Assembly (NCBI GenBank): GCA_951406725.2
Contig: OX597814.1
Location: forward strand, 115,320,001 to 115,384,000
DNA length: 64,000 bases
Reading direction: 5' to 3'
Source of the DNA: Octopus vulgaris
Lineage: Eukaryota
The position numbers and the translations under genes were made by a program. Each line of letters opens with the position of its first letter. Position 1 is the first letter of the stretch. The notes beneath the pieces were generated by a model. It did not search any database and had not been told where the DNA came from. It was given only the letters and a program-made list of their open reading frames with translations. Positions 38,751-52,214 of the stretch are shown in pieces.

Positions 38751-41003
38751 GGCCTATAACCTGTCTATCCACCACGTATAAAATCCTAACATCTATCCTG
38801 GCGGAGAAAACATATGCATTCATGGAGAAGAACGATATTTTCCCCATTGAACAAAAAGGGTGCCGCCGAGGCTCTTACGGATGCAAAGATCAACTGCTAA
38901 TCAATCGTATGATCCTTGAGAACTGTCACAACAAGCGCAGAAATCTCAGCACTGCATGGATTGACTATAAAAAGGCCTTCGACAGTATACCGCATCCATG
39001 GATCTTGAGATCGCTGGACATCTTCAAAATTTCCCCTGTGATTTCAAACTTCCTGAAGCACAATATGTCGTTGTGGAATACGAATCTCCAATTATACCAC
39101 TCTAATGGAGTACTTGCCTCAGAAAATATAAACATCAACTGTGGAATTTTTCAAGGTGACTCACTTTCACCTTTAATATTCTGCATAGCCCTAATACCCC
39201 TTACAAGTGAATTAAACAGAACAGGGTATGGGTATAAAATTGCCAATAAAAAAAATAAGCCATCTATTTTATATGGATGACTTAAAACTTTATGGTAAAG
39301 ACAATAATGAACTTGAAGGCCTATTGCGCACTGTGAAAGCATTCAGCGATGACATCGGGATGGAGTTTGGACTTGAGAAGTGTGCCAAGGCCACTTTCCA
39401 GAAAGGGAAAGTGAAAACCACAAATTCAGTCGTGTTAGATGTTGACACAGTCATAAGAGAGCTTGAGCAAGAACAAACATACACATATTTAGGGATAAAT
39501 GAAGGCTCTGGTATTCAGCATGCAAGCATGAAAGAGAAGATCAGGAAGGAATGTTATAGGAGAGTTCGTGCAGTCCTGAAATCTGAACTAAATGCACGTA
39601 ACAAGGTGTTAGCTATAAATTCCTTAGCAGTTCCAGTTGTTACTTATAGCTACAATGTGTTGAACTGGAATATGAGTGAAGTAAAGAATATAGATAGGAA
39701 AATACGCAAGCTGCTGAGTTGTAATAGGATGCACCACCCAAAGGCAGACGTAGATCGCCTTTACCTTCCCACAGCCCAAGGAGGTCGAGGCCTGATCCAA
39801 TTTGAACTAGCTTACAAAACAACCACAATTGGACTGGCCAAATATCTCGAAATATCGAATGACTGGATGCTAAAGCTCGTGGAAAATCACGAGAGACGAA
39901 AGAAGCTTCATTCTATCATAAAGGAAAGCAAAAAATTTGCTATTGATCTCGTGCAGGATACCCAAACTGAACAACCCGAGGGAAGTACGGCAACTATTGT
40001 TGCAAAGAAGGTGAAAATAATGGCAACGAAAAAAGCGCACGAGCAATTGGCTGATAGGTGGGAGGAGAAACCTCTGCACGGCAAATATGTGACCCGCAGC
40101 AAACAAGCTGATGTTGACCAGAAGCAAACCCATCAGTGGCTACGAAGCTCAGGGCTAAAAGCAGAGAGCGAAGGTTTCATCCTGGCTGCTCAAGATCAAA
40201 GCCTATTAACCCGGAACTACCAGGCCAATGTGATGAAAAATGGAGCAGACCCAAAATGCCGATTCTGCAACGACATGATTGAAATAGTGGACCACCTAAT
40301 CTCTGGATGTAAAGTTTTAGCACCAGTGGAGTATAAATTAAGACATGACAGAGTTGGCTAATATCTATCTACACTGGCTAATAAGTCGGCATTACAATAC
40401 CAAAACTGCCGACAAGTGGTATAATCACCACCCTGAGGCTGTAACTGAAGGAGAAAATGTAACCATTCTGTGGGACTTTCCAGTACATACAGACCGAACC
40501 ATCAAGGCCAATAAACCAGATATTGTTGTGAAAGACCAAAACAATAAAGTTTGCTTATTGATCGACATGAGCATCCCCTGTGATCATAATATCTTGGCGA
40601 AAGAGTTTGACAAGCTCAGAAAATATAAAGACCTACTCATTGAAATTGAGAAAATGTGGCATCTCAAGGCGGTTACAATACCAGTGATCGTAGGAGCACT
40701 AGGAATGATCAAGAAGGGAACCGAAAATTATATGAGAATGATCCCTGGCTTACCATCCCTGCAAGAAGTGCAAAAGATTGTCTTAACTGGTACATCACAC
40801 GTATTGAGAAGAGCATTGTCGATGTGAGAACTGTTGCTGCTCATGTATTTTAATTTAACTTAAAAAAAAATTTTTTTTTTTAAATGAACGAACTATTGAG
40901 TTTGGTTTAATGGCCTACCAATGTATACTATGAGTTTCTTTGCCCTAGGAGTCAGGAAGACATTCGGCAAGAAATGGAAGCAAATTTGAAAGAAGAAAAA
41001 AAA
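38750..41003 (+). mobile_element. R4/Dong-like RLE non-LTR retrotransposon, 5'-truncated in RT, two frame breaks (~39250, ~40360)
   Basis: ORFs 38822..39280 (DYKKAFDS, GIFQGDSLSP), 39228..40361 (YMDD, GGRGL, CRFC...HLISGC) and 40345..40827 (KPDIVV). Embedded in (TAA)n, the known Dong target type. Confidence 0.95.
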
Positions 41004-41022
41004 GTAATAATAACAATAATAA

Positions 41023-41075
<53 letters not shown>

Positions 41076-41092
41076 ATGATAATAATAAAAAA

Positions 41093-41648
41093 TACCCTGA
41101 TGCAAGTACCAGGCAGTGGCTCTCGTGGCTTCTGATCTTAACTGATTGGAAGTGTTATGATGTACATTGTTTTGTCATGGTATAAAAGATGGGCTACAGC
41201 AAATATTCTACTCAATACCACAGATTTGCTAGTCAGTTGTTTCACCTTAACCAGATGAGCATGTCCCTTAGTGGTTGACGATATATGCATATCTGATCAC
41301 GAGCAGAAGTAGTGGGGGAGCATCATAGCCATGTGTTGAGAGGGATTCTTTGGGGTTTGAATAATTCACCTCTGGAAACATGGGTGTTTCGTTCAACATC
41401 CTAAAGCAACCCTTATTCAGGGACCTTTTGAGCGGGATGGGTTACTCGATCAGAAGAAAATTCTAACTGGACCCCACCTGCAAGGTCATTTGCTGTTTAT
41501 CTTGATATGAGATTACAATGTCGCACACAAATTGTTGTGATGCATGTGCCTAGTGTACCCTTAACAAACGGGTAGTCATGATGGGTATACTGGGCTTCGT
41601 ATATTTTACCTCAGTGTCACTTTGATGGCATGCACTGCTCACTCACTC
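41093..41648 (+). mobile_element. non-coding ~555-bp (TAA)n-inserted element (non-autonomous retroelement)
   Basis: A second, 5'-truncated copy lies in the opposite orientation at 45575-46077. Both have the same 3' end running into (TAA)n. Confidence 0.75.
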
Positions 41649-41696
<48 letters not shown>

Positions 41697-41714
41697 TAAT
41701 AATAATAATAACAA

Positions 41715-41866
41715 CAACATCGAAAAATACCTTAGGAATGAGAACCCAGATTCGAAATTTCCCCAAGACACCTGAAGAAGGCTGGAGAGTATATCAGCCG
41801 AATCGTTGTGTTAACAACAAAGATGAGGACAAATATCTGTCAAATGTAAATAATGTAAATAATGTA
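41715..41866 (+). mobile_element. 3' body of the hammerhead SINE (hammerhead 41767-41812, GAAA to GAAU)
   Basis: Matches 3448-3592. Its 5' remnant CTGAATAATAA is at about 38697, preceded by an inverted copy of its own 3' end (38613-38690). Confidence 0.8.
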
Positions 41867-42260
41867 CGTAATTTTTCATCTCTCAAATATGGAACTCGAT
41901 ACATAGGCTTCCCCACTTTTATCCTAAACGAGAAACGTTTTTCACAATGAATTCTAAAAGCAAAAACGTTTTTAATGATGAATGACAAACAATAGATAAC
42001 CACGATTTGAAAATATTTAAAACATAACTTTTTTTTTCACTTCATCATTTGGGAGCACTTCACTTAAATATTCATCTCATAACGCTGTTTAATATGTTAT
42101 CACTCGACTGGTAGGCAACTCATTCAGTTAAGCACGTAGCAACGGTAACTAGATAGAGATGCAGAGATTCAGTGATAAGAAATAGAACATAATAGGTAAG
42201 AGCTTTGAAGTGCTAAACGCAAATAAATAGATCAAGAACCTAGTGGCTGAATAATGATAA

Positions 42261-42587
42261 TCTCTCTATATATAAACGGCAAAATGTCTGCGTGTGTGTC
42301 CTTTATACAAATCCACAATTTTTCAATTAGAGGGCTCGCACTTTCTATGGTCATTCAAAACCGTCCAAGAGTGGTCGTGCACATCTTTACAATTCTCCAG
42401 TCATCCCGCAAAGCCATTAAAAAAACCAATAGAAGTGACTTTTTGTGAATTTTCTATCCAAAACACAATCAAAATGCCCGAAACTTGATACGCCAATTGA
42501 ATGCCAGCTAGCAGTATGTGCGCACGCACGCAGCTGTATATGCATGCACTAGCATTATCACCCGGCAACGCCGGGTCATAATGCTAG
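42261..42587 (+). mobile_element. non-autonomous Helitron, second family
   Basis: A|TCTCTCTATATATAAA start and CCCGGCAACGCCGGG...CTAG|T end. Confidence 0.75.
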
Positions 42588-42679
42588 TTTATAATATAAT
42601 CTATAGGTATCAGCACGCACACGCACACGCATCTATATATATATGTGTGTGTACGTGTGTACATATACAAACAAACAAA

Positions 42680-42710
<31 letters not shown>

Positions 42711-43004
42711 GCGCATATGGTATAGAAGAGCTGGGGGCAATGATCGTGGAGACAAGTTGGTGGGGGACGAGGAACTGCGAGTCGCTGTTTGCGTCATCGG
42801 TGTCTAATCTCTGCCTCTTAACGTCTTCACGTCTGTTATTAACATCGGGTCTGCTCCATCGACGATGGTATGCCACCACTTTGGTCGGTCCATGACGAGG
42901 AGATGTCTTCCTGGGGCTATAAACAGCAGTAGCATTTAGGCGGCAAATATACTTCACGATTCCGTGCTGCTACTGTTTACATCTCACTCAGAAATTTATA
43001 ACTG

Positions 43005-43056
<52 letters not shown>

Positions 43057-43198
43057 CTGTGTGGTAAGTAGCTTGCTTACGAAGCACATAGTTCCGGGTT
43101 CAGTCCCACTGCGTGGCATTTTGGGCAAGTGTCCTCTACTATAGCCTCGGGCTGACCAAATTTGGTAGACGAAAAGTGAAAACTCCGTCGTATATATG

Positions 43199-43229
<31 letters not shown>

Positions 43230-43450
43230 GTGTGTATGTATTTGTGCGTCTGTGTTTGTCCCCCCCAACATTGCTTGACAACCGATGCTGGTGTGCTTAG
43301 GTCCCCGTGACTTAGCGGTTCGGCAAAAAATATCGAGAGAATAAATACTAGGCTTACAAAGAATAAGTCCTAGGATCTATTTGCTGACTAAAGGTGGTGC
43401 TCCAGCATGGCCACAGTCACATGACTGAAACAACTAAAAGAGTAAAAGAG

Positions 43451-43481
<31 letters not shown>

Positions 43482-43505
43482 ATGCATGTATGTTTTATAT
43501 ATATA

Positions 43506-43899
43506 CTAGCAGTATCGCCCGGCGTTGCTCGGGTTGTAAGGGAAATAACTATATAAGCATTTTTAGAGAGTTATAGCCAAAAAATAGCAAAAAAATGCAT
43601 TAAAAATTGAAAAAAAATTAAGGTAAATTTTTTTTTAAATCGTTGACACATCGTAGATAGTTTTAGAGAGTTACTTCCCTTATATAAAAGCGAAAAAAAT
43701 GCATTAAAATGGAAAAATATGATGGTAAATTTTTTTAAATCGTAGACTCATCGTAGACGCGCGCTAATACCCAGAAGGGCTCGATATGAATCACGACTAT
43801 AAGATACCCGCTTTTGGTTAAACTGCACCGCAAAATGTGGGAGTAGTTACGAATCTAAATGGAAGGGGACAGACACACAACTTCACTCTTATATAAAGA
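43506..43899 (-). mobile_element. non-autonomous Helitron (same family)
   Basis: Reverse complement shows the TC start and the hairpin-CTAG end. Confidence 0.85.
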
Positions 43900-45059
43900 T
43901 GCTTTTTTTTTCAGTCATAGAGTTAGATTTATGAAGGTCTTCAGTAGAAAATCCTTCGAATTCTGACTCGCTGCTTGATATAATGAAATTCGTATCCATT
44001 TTTTGTCAGAATTACAAATTTTGAAAACACGATAGGAACAAATTTCGGAAAAATATCTCCCATAATTCACGGAATTAAAATTACACTTCGATTTTTGTAC
44101 AAAACTGTATTTGAAGTGTTTACGAAGTATAATACGTGTTTTCACGAATGTACTAAAGAGATTTACTCTGATATTCTCATTTAAATATGAATAGGTAAAT
44201 TCGGGCGGTTTGGTAACGAAAGGGTTTATATAAGTGTCGTCTGTTTATAAATAAACACTGTTTCATACTTTCAGTTTAGTCTTCCTCAAATCACTCTGTC
44301 GCTAATTTACTCTCTTCCAAGAACATTTTCACTCTTATCTGTTAGCTTCCCATACATTTTACTCATGTATCTATCAGCGTAATAGACAGAAACAAATATT
44401 ACATCTAGTTTCACTTTATTCGTTGCACACTGTGTGTGTGCGTTTGCGTGTGCTGTAAACCAGACTAAGAAAAGCATTTGACATACACACCAGAATGTGA
44501 GTTTTCTGTAAATTTTGCTTAATTGGAGTTTAAATTTTAAAAACTGGACCTGGCATGACCCGATGCATTCTACTCTTAAGAATGCTAGGTAAATTGTAAT
44601 TGAAGAAATCCTATATTGTAGATTTCTATAACTCCCAAAGGGAGGCAGATAAAATCTGCCTTTTATAATAAGATATATATATATATATACACATACAAAT
44701 ATATACATATATACACACACACATACATACACACACACACTCTCACACACACATACACACACATATATATAGTACAGAAGAGGTGGGGGTATAGATCGCA
44801 GGGAAAAGTTGGTGGGGGACGAGGAATTGCGAGTCGCTCTTCGCGTCTACGGCGTCTAAACTCTGCCTCTTGACATCTATTGTTAACATCAAGTCTGTTC
44901 CCTCGACGATGGCAAGCCACCACTTTGGTTGGTCCTTGGCTTTAGTTTCCCAGGTATTTGATCTGATGGAGCATCGAAGGAGGGCCGCCTTATGCTGGTC
45001 TCAGAAACAGAATTTGGGATACACCACACGGATACCTCAAACGCGCCTTCCTCCTCGAT

Positions 45060-45118
<59 letters not shown>

Positions 45119-45465
45119 TACATACATGCGCGCGCGCACACACACAATATTATACATCCATTAAGGCGGCTTGTTGGCAGAAACGTTAACACGCCGGGCG
45201 AAATGTTTAACGGTATTTCGTCTGTCTTTACGTTCTGAGTTCAAATTCCGCCGAGGTCGACTTTGCCTTTCATCCTTCAGGGGTCGATAAATTAAGTACC
45301 ATTTGCGTACTGGGGTAGATCTAATCGACTGGACCCCTCCCCAAAAATTCATCATCATCATCATCGTCGTCGTCGTAGTCGTCATCATGATCATTATTAT
45401 TATTATTATTATTGTTATTATTATTTTTATTATTATTATTGTTATTATTATTTTTATTATTATTA

Positions 45466-45497
<32 letters not shown>

Positions 45498-45507
45498 GTT
45501 ATTATTA

Positions 45508-45547
<40 letters not shown>

Positions 45548-45574
45548 GTTATCATGATTATTATTATTATTATT

Positions 45575-46077
45575 GAGTGAGAGAGCAGTGCATGCCATCA
45601 AAGTGACACTGAGGTAAAATATACGAAGCCCAGCATACCCATCATGACTACCCGTCTGATAAGGGTACACCAGGCACATGCATCACAACCATATGTGCGC
45701 GACATGGTGATCTCATATCAAGATAAACAGCACATGACCTTGCAGGTGGGGGCCCAGTTAGAATTTTCTTCAGGTCGAGTAGCCCATCCTGCTCAAAAGG
45801 TCCCTGAATAAGGGTTGCTTTAGGATGTTGAACGAAACACCTATGTTTCCAGAGGTGAATTATTCAAACTCCAAAGAATCCCTCTCAACACATGGCTATG
45901 ATGCTCCCCCACTACTTCTGCTCGTGATCAGAGATGCACGTATTGTCAGCCACTAAGGGACATGCTCAACTGGTTACGGTCAAACAACTGACAAGCAAAT
46001 CTGTGGTATTGAGCAGAATATTTGCTGTAGCCCATCTTTTATACCAAGACAAAACAATGTACATGATGACACTTCCA
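45575..46077 (-). mobile_element. second copy of the (TAA)n-inserted non-coding element
   Basis: Reverse complement of about 41148-41648, flanked by (TTA)n on the plus strand. Confidence 0.75.
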
Positions 46078-46079
46078 TT

Positions 46080-46111
<32 letters not shown>

Positions 46112-46122
46112 CATTATTATTA

Positions 46123-46159
<37 letters not shown>

Positions 46160-46194
46160 CATTGTTATTATCATCATCATCATCATCATCATCA

Positions 46195-46229
<35 letters not shown>

Positions 46230-46689
46230 TAGAAATATGTCTCTCTGAATGTATTCTACTTGTAATCAGCTACTTCATAAGTAGTTGATAACAACTACTT
46301 TGTAATCACGCGTAGTAAGAATAAACGGCGTGTTTACGACACAGTTAACAGCAAAATAACGAGTACCAACTTGAAACTGCCTTACCGCTGTAATAAAATG
46401 GGTTCACGATATTCAATACAGCCATCTTGTAAAATCACACATTTCGACACCTCTCTTTTACTCTCTTTTACTCTTTTACTCTTTTATTTGTTTCAGTCAT
46501 TTGACTGCGGCCATGCTGGAGCACCGCCTTTAGTCGAGCAAATCGACCCCGGGACTTATTCTTTGTAAGCCCAGTACTTATTCTATCGGTCTCTTTTTGC
46601 CGAACCGCTAAGTGACGGGGACGTAAACACACCAGCATCGGTTGTCAAGCAATGCTAGGGGGACAAACACACACACACACAAACACATA

Positions 46690-46723
<34 letters not shown>

Positions 46724-46969
46724 TACGACAGGCTTCTTTCAGTTTCCGTCTACCAAATCCACTCACAAGGCATTGGTCGGCCCGGGACTATAGCAGAAGA
46801 CACTTGCTCAAGATGCCACGCAGTGGGACTGAACCCGGAACCATGTGGTTGGTTATCAAGCTACTTACCACACAGCCTATTTTTACAAAACAATCTCTTT
46901 AAATTTTTTACAAAAATCCCAAAATTCGGCGAGGAGAATTCATTAGAGTTGGTGTTGCGACAACCAGAA

Positions 46970-47220
46970 AAATAAGTGTCGCTAAGAAGTCCCTATTATA
47001 TCTTGATGGTACCTAGTAATTAAAAGAGTTGGATGTCCTTAACAGGAGTCATGACGGAGCTAAGGTTGCCGACCTCTTGGGGTTATTTATCTTTTTCATT
47101 CTCAGAAAGCTTCATCCCAGTAGCTCCAGATGCTTAGCTTAACAATATGATACAATAGGAATGGCCACGCTATAGACGAGTTTAGAAATGATTATGTTGG
47201 AATATTTAAACAGTTTGTTT
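46970..47220 (+). mobile_element. degenerate Penelope-like RT fragment
   Basis: Translates as KKSLLY...LDV..SHDGAKVADLLGLFI, resembling the PLE RT motif KSLL...FDV.MGS.DGAE...LVGLF. Confidence 0.6.
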
Positions 47221-47837
47221 AACAACTGATACTCCGTCGGTTACGACGACGAGGGTTCCAGTTGATTCGATCAACGGAACAGCCTGCTTGTGAATTTAAC
47301 AGGACTTTGGTCTGCCCGAGGCTATAGAAGAAGACACTTGGCCAAGGTGCCACGCAAACCATGTGGTTCGTAAGCAAGTTACTTACCACATAGCCACTCC
47401 TGCGCCTGTATATTTTATTATTGTATGTTTTTTTAAAATTATTTTTATAATTTGTTTATATTTATTTTATTATAAATACAAAACAACACCACGGAAAAAT
47501 CGACGTAAGCTTAAATAATAAACCGCGATAGGTGAAACGCGATAGGTTTCAGGGAGATTCAATGTGACTCAAAATGTGCCGGGGCTGGCCCTTTGAATTA
47601 CTGGTGCAACTCATTTTTGCCAGCTGAATGGACTGGAGCAACGTGAAATAAAGTCTCTTGCTCAAGGACACAGCGCCTCACCCGGGATCGAACACACGAC
47701 ACGTCTTCACTAAATTATTAGCTAATTTATTTGTAGCCAATTTCCTAGCTACAACACTATATTTAAACACAAGCAAATATCAGCCTTGCAACTCAGAACA
47801 CCATATACGTACATAAAAATGTTCACATAGTTACATA

Positions 47838-48684
47838 CAGTAATCCCTCACCATATTGCGGTTCCCCTATCGCGGTTCACCTATCGCGGTTCACCTATCG
47901 CGGTCACCTATCGCGGTCACCTATCGCGGTTTATTATTTAAGCTTACGTCGATTTTTCCGTGGTGTTATTCTGTATTTATAATAATATAAATATATACAA
48001 ATTATAAAAATAATTTTAAAAAACATACAATAATAAAATATACAGGTGCACGAGTGACTATATGGTAAGTAACTTGCTTACGAACCACATGGTTTGCGTG
48101 GCACCTTGGCCAAGTGTCTTCTTCCATAACCTCGGGCCGACCAAAGCCTTGTGAATGGATTTGGTAGACGGAAACTGAAAGAAGCCCGTCATATATATAT
48201 ATTGTGGAACTCTTTTACGCTCCTGGACTCCAGCCTACCATGGTTTTTATGAAATGAACTTTTTTGACATATATTTTTTTGTTTGAGGAGAGCAAGAAAA
48301 AAATCTTCTAAGTTAATTGATATTTTATTTTATTTAGATTTTTAGTCGCATGACACGCTTTAGAATTTTTAGCCGATTGTATATACCTTCTTGATAGGCC
48401 GTTCTAAATATCTGTATTTTTATTTGTATATATATGTTTTACCTTCTGTGTTTTTATATATGTATTCTTTATATGTTAAAAGCCATGATAATATTATATA
48501 TGATCAAATGTTTGGAGGCGTAGTGTTATGTACAAAGTCGTTGACTCGAATTTGATGTTTGTTCCCTGACCAATGCCTTTTTTTTTATCTCTGTCTTAAT
48601 TACATTTGAGCACTTCTTTTCTGCAGTCTTATAAACCCTTTTGTCTCCATAAAAAGAGGCAAAAATTATCTCTTGACGTATATA

Positions 48685-48733
<49 letters not shown>

Positions 48734-49027
48734 TTGTGTGTCTGTATTTGTCCCCCCACCATCACTTGACAACCGATGTTGGTGTGTTTACGTCCCCGTA
48801 ACTTGGCAGTTCGACAAAAGAAACCGATAGAATAAGTACTAGGCTTACAAAGAATAAGTCCTGACGTATATTTGTTCGAATAAAGGCGGTGCTGCAGCAT
48901 GGCCGCAGTCAAATGGCTGAAACAAATCAAATAATAAAAGTACACCACTGTTTCTACTTCGAGTATTTTCACCTATCAAAAGGGTGAGGTTTGGAACGTT
49001 ATACCCGCAATAGTCGAGGGATTACTG
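47838..49027. mobile_element. pogo/Tigger-like MITE with nested SINEs
   Basis: TIRs CAGTAATCCCTC / GAGGGATTACTG with TA on both sides, and internal (CACCTATCGCGGT[T]) x5 at about 47860-47930. Confidence 0.8.
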
Positions 49028-49523
49028 TATATGAGAAATTGCGCTTCTGAATTAAGAATGAGAGTCCCAAAACCATCTTGAAACAGAAACACCTTCAAAG
49101 GGACATCGTCGCACTGTCATAACGATATGAAGCCAGAAGTGGTTTCAGTGAGAGTCTTGTATATATGGAGATACCCCAACTGAAAGACACGTATAGCTTT
49201 CGCTAGTGGAGGCAAAACTCTTATTTAAAGGTTGATTCTTTGGGATGAATCATATGTGATTGTTTAAAAAAGGCTGGAACGATAATACCAAAACGTATTT
49301 GAAACAATGGACGACAGTCGAAATATTATAACGGATGGGTAAATAAGCATCCTTAAAGTGAAACAACGCATTGGAATGTAAACAAAGGTATCAACAAATA
49401 GAAGAGAGGGAAGGGAACATCACCTTTCAAGTAACTCAGAATAGGTAAAGGTAAGCTTGCCAAAGTTTAATGCAGTTTAAATATAGAGATTAAAGTTGTT
49501 TGGTATTGGATATTCATCACGTA

Positions 49524-50023
49524 CAGTGTTCCTAGTCAATTTAACCACCGTGGCAAGTGGACAGTCGAAATAAATAAATAGACAAAATCTCTTCACTTTT
49601 ATAAAAAGATTTAAAAAGTATAGAAGGCCCTACATACAAAAAAAACTATGTCCATTTAGGTCCATTTACGCGGAAGCTCTAGGCAAAATGCTTAGTGCAT
49701 GACCATCCTTGTGACATAAGTAATGTATATATAAAGTTTGTGAAAAGTGGTTGAGAATTGTGGAAATATATGCGTCCAGTGTTCCTATTCAATTTAATCA
49801 CCATCGGTGGTGGACAGCGGAAATAAATATATAGAATCCTTTCACTTTTATAGAAAGGTTAAAAAAGTATGGAAGACTATATACAAAAAAAACTATATCC
49901 ATTGCGTCCATTTACGCAGGATCTCTGGGCAAAATGTTATAGTAAATGACCATCCAATGGCATAAGTAATGTGTGCATAAAGTCTGGCAAAAACAGTTGA
50001 GAATTGTGGAAAAGTATGTGTTA
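49524..50023. repeat. old ~250-bp tandem duplication
   Basis: CAGTGTTCCTA.TCAATTTAA..CACC starts at about 49524 and 49778, and both units end in GTTGAGAATTGTGGAAA. Confidence 0.8.
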
Positions 50024-50128
50024 GTCATTCTACACACACATACTGATTTATATATACTAGATATACATTTGTATGTGAGTGTGAGACAGGGAGAGAAAGG
50101 GAGGAGAGAGAGAGATACACACATATAC

Positions 50129-50195
<67 letters not shown>

Positions 50196-50812
50196 GTAGG
50201 CGTATAGCCACTCCTACGTAAGCGTAGGAGTGACTGTGTAGCAAGTAGCTTGCTTACGAACCACATGGTTCGGGTTCAGTCCCACAGCGTGGCACCTTGG
50301 GCAAGTGTCTTCTACTATAGCCTCGGGCCGACCAAAGCCTTGTGAGTAGATTTGGTAGACGGAAACTGAAAGAAGCCCGTCGAATATATGTATATATATA
50401 AGTGTGTGTGTGTGTATATGTTTGTGTGTCTGTGTTTGTTCCCCCACCATCGCTTGACAACTGATGCTGGAGTGTTTACATCCTCATAACTTAGCGGTTC
50501 GGTAAAAGAGACCGATAAAATAAGTACTAGGTTTACAAAGAATAAGTCTTGGGGTCGATTTGCTCGACTAAAGGCGGTGCTCCAGCATGGCTACAGTCAA
50601 ATGACTGAATCAAGTAAAAGAGTAAAAGAGTATATATATGCATATGTGTGTGCATGTTTTGTGTATGCGCATGCGTTTGTATTCTTTACGTATATATCAA
50701 TTACGAATGCGTTTAGGAGTTAAGCAGGAGCAAACAGCAACTTACTAATACTGAGATGAGAACATTTATTTGACGAAACATACTTGAAAAAAATCAGTAA
50801 CTGTATACTTAC

Positions 50813-50893
50813 TTTAATTATGGCAACAAGCAAACAGAAGTACATGACAAAACTTTGAAACACGTCAGTCCAGATAACAGCTCTCAAGCCACC
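50813..50893 (-). CDS. SLC5 exon (81 nt, GGLRAVIWTDVFQSFVMYFCLLVAIIK)
   Basis: Contains the SSS family signature GGxxAVxWTDxxQ. tttttcag acceptor and gtaagt donor. Confidence 0.96.
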
Positions 50894-51596
50894 CTGAAAA
50901 AGATTAAATGCCAAATATTATACAAATATTATACATGAACATCAGTTCACATGTCATAACATAGATGTCAGAATAAGAATCTCGTACATGTTGCTGCAAT
51001 GTTTCCCAAAGTAAATTTAAATGGCAATGTCATAATACAATATATCAGTATTGACGCAGACATGCACGCACCACTAGCCACAAGTACACACACACATACA
51101 CACACATACATATATATATATATATACATACATCTATATATAATATATATGTATACAATATATATATGTGTGTGTGTGTGTATAAAGGATATAAGGAGTT
51201 TCGTTCACTGGTGATCTAGATGAATAGGTACGATGAGTAAAAGCTATAATTGCTCATCCGTTAGGTTCCAAGTTCACAGTTGAGGCCGGAGCTAGGGATC
51301 CGTTGTAGGCTTCTGAGTTAGCAGATATATATTAGAAAAAAAGGACATCAAAACCAAGGTAGAACAAATATCTCAAGTCATTAATAATAATTTAATTAAG
51401 ATAAGGTTAATTTGGGTAAGGGTAAAATTAAATTATAAATGACTTGAGTTACTCGTTCTACCTCGGTTGTGAATCAGTTGTCTTTTCAACACAGCCATGC
51501 CTGCGCCTATATGACTGATAAGAAGGTTTCAAATGCCTTGCTTAACTTATCAACGAAGATATAGCAAGTAAATAGTAAATAATGGTAAACACTCAC

Positions 51597-51664
51597 AATT
51601 GCAGTATATAAAATTGCCGACACTGCCAAAATACTTATGGAATACCACATATTAAAACCTGCCA
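51597..51664 (-). CDS. SLC5 exon (68 nt, V-AGFNMWYSISILAVSAILYTAI)
   Basis: ttttcag acceptor and gtgagt donor. Phase 1 entry matches the previous exon. Overlaps ORF 51507..51758. Confidence 0.93.
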
Positions 51665-51889
51665 CTGAAAAAAAAGACAAACTTGGATTATTTAAAAATA
51701 TATATTTTGAGTCAAAAGTCTTGCAGTATATTCGTATCATAATTGCTTTATTCGTCAAATTACAAGAAAAGCAGCCGAGTGTTCAAAGTAAAGGCCGTTG
51801 TGTGGCACCGTCTGAAGCCATATTTCTACCAGTTCTTTGATTCCATGATGATACCGGCCCTTTACTTCGGTGCTTCTACAACGGTGCTT

Positions 51890-52214
51890 AAGAGGGTTTG
51901 GTCATGCGGCCTGGCGTCCAGAGGGTGAGCTGATTCACGATGTCCTCCTCCCACCTCCACTTCCCAGCTGGTGCAAACACACGGGCGGGCATCTGAAGAC
52001 CTGGGCAACGACGATAAAGAAGGACCTCTCCGAACTCTCAGGTCCGCAGGTGGTCGGTCTGCACAGATGGAACTGCGAATGGCTTGCTATCTCCAATGAC
52101 CTCGCACAGGACCGTCGAGCGTGGGCCGGCATGGTTCGTGATGCCATTAGGAACAGACAAGAAGCCGGCTCAACCCGCCCTGGGTGAACGCCGTCATAAT
52201 TACAAGTACAAGTA
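51890..52214 (+). mobile_element. RTE-like LINE 3' end with (TACAAG)n tail
   Basis: ORF 51870..52187 (GG.LKTW..TIK.DL...AQDRRAW...V) followed by TACAAGTACAAGTA. Confidence 0.75.

Noticed and set aside
38822-40827. Active retrotransposon or domesticated RT gene
   Set aside because: It is 5'-truncated within RT and broken by two frame disruptions.
47860-47930. Short CACCTATCGCGGT repeats as CRISPR-like or regulatory array
   Set aside because: They are contiguous 14-15-bp repeats without spacers, inside the subterminal region of a MITE.
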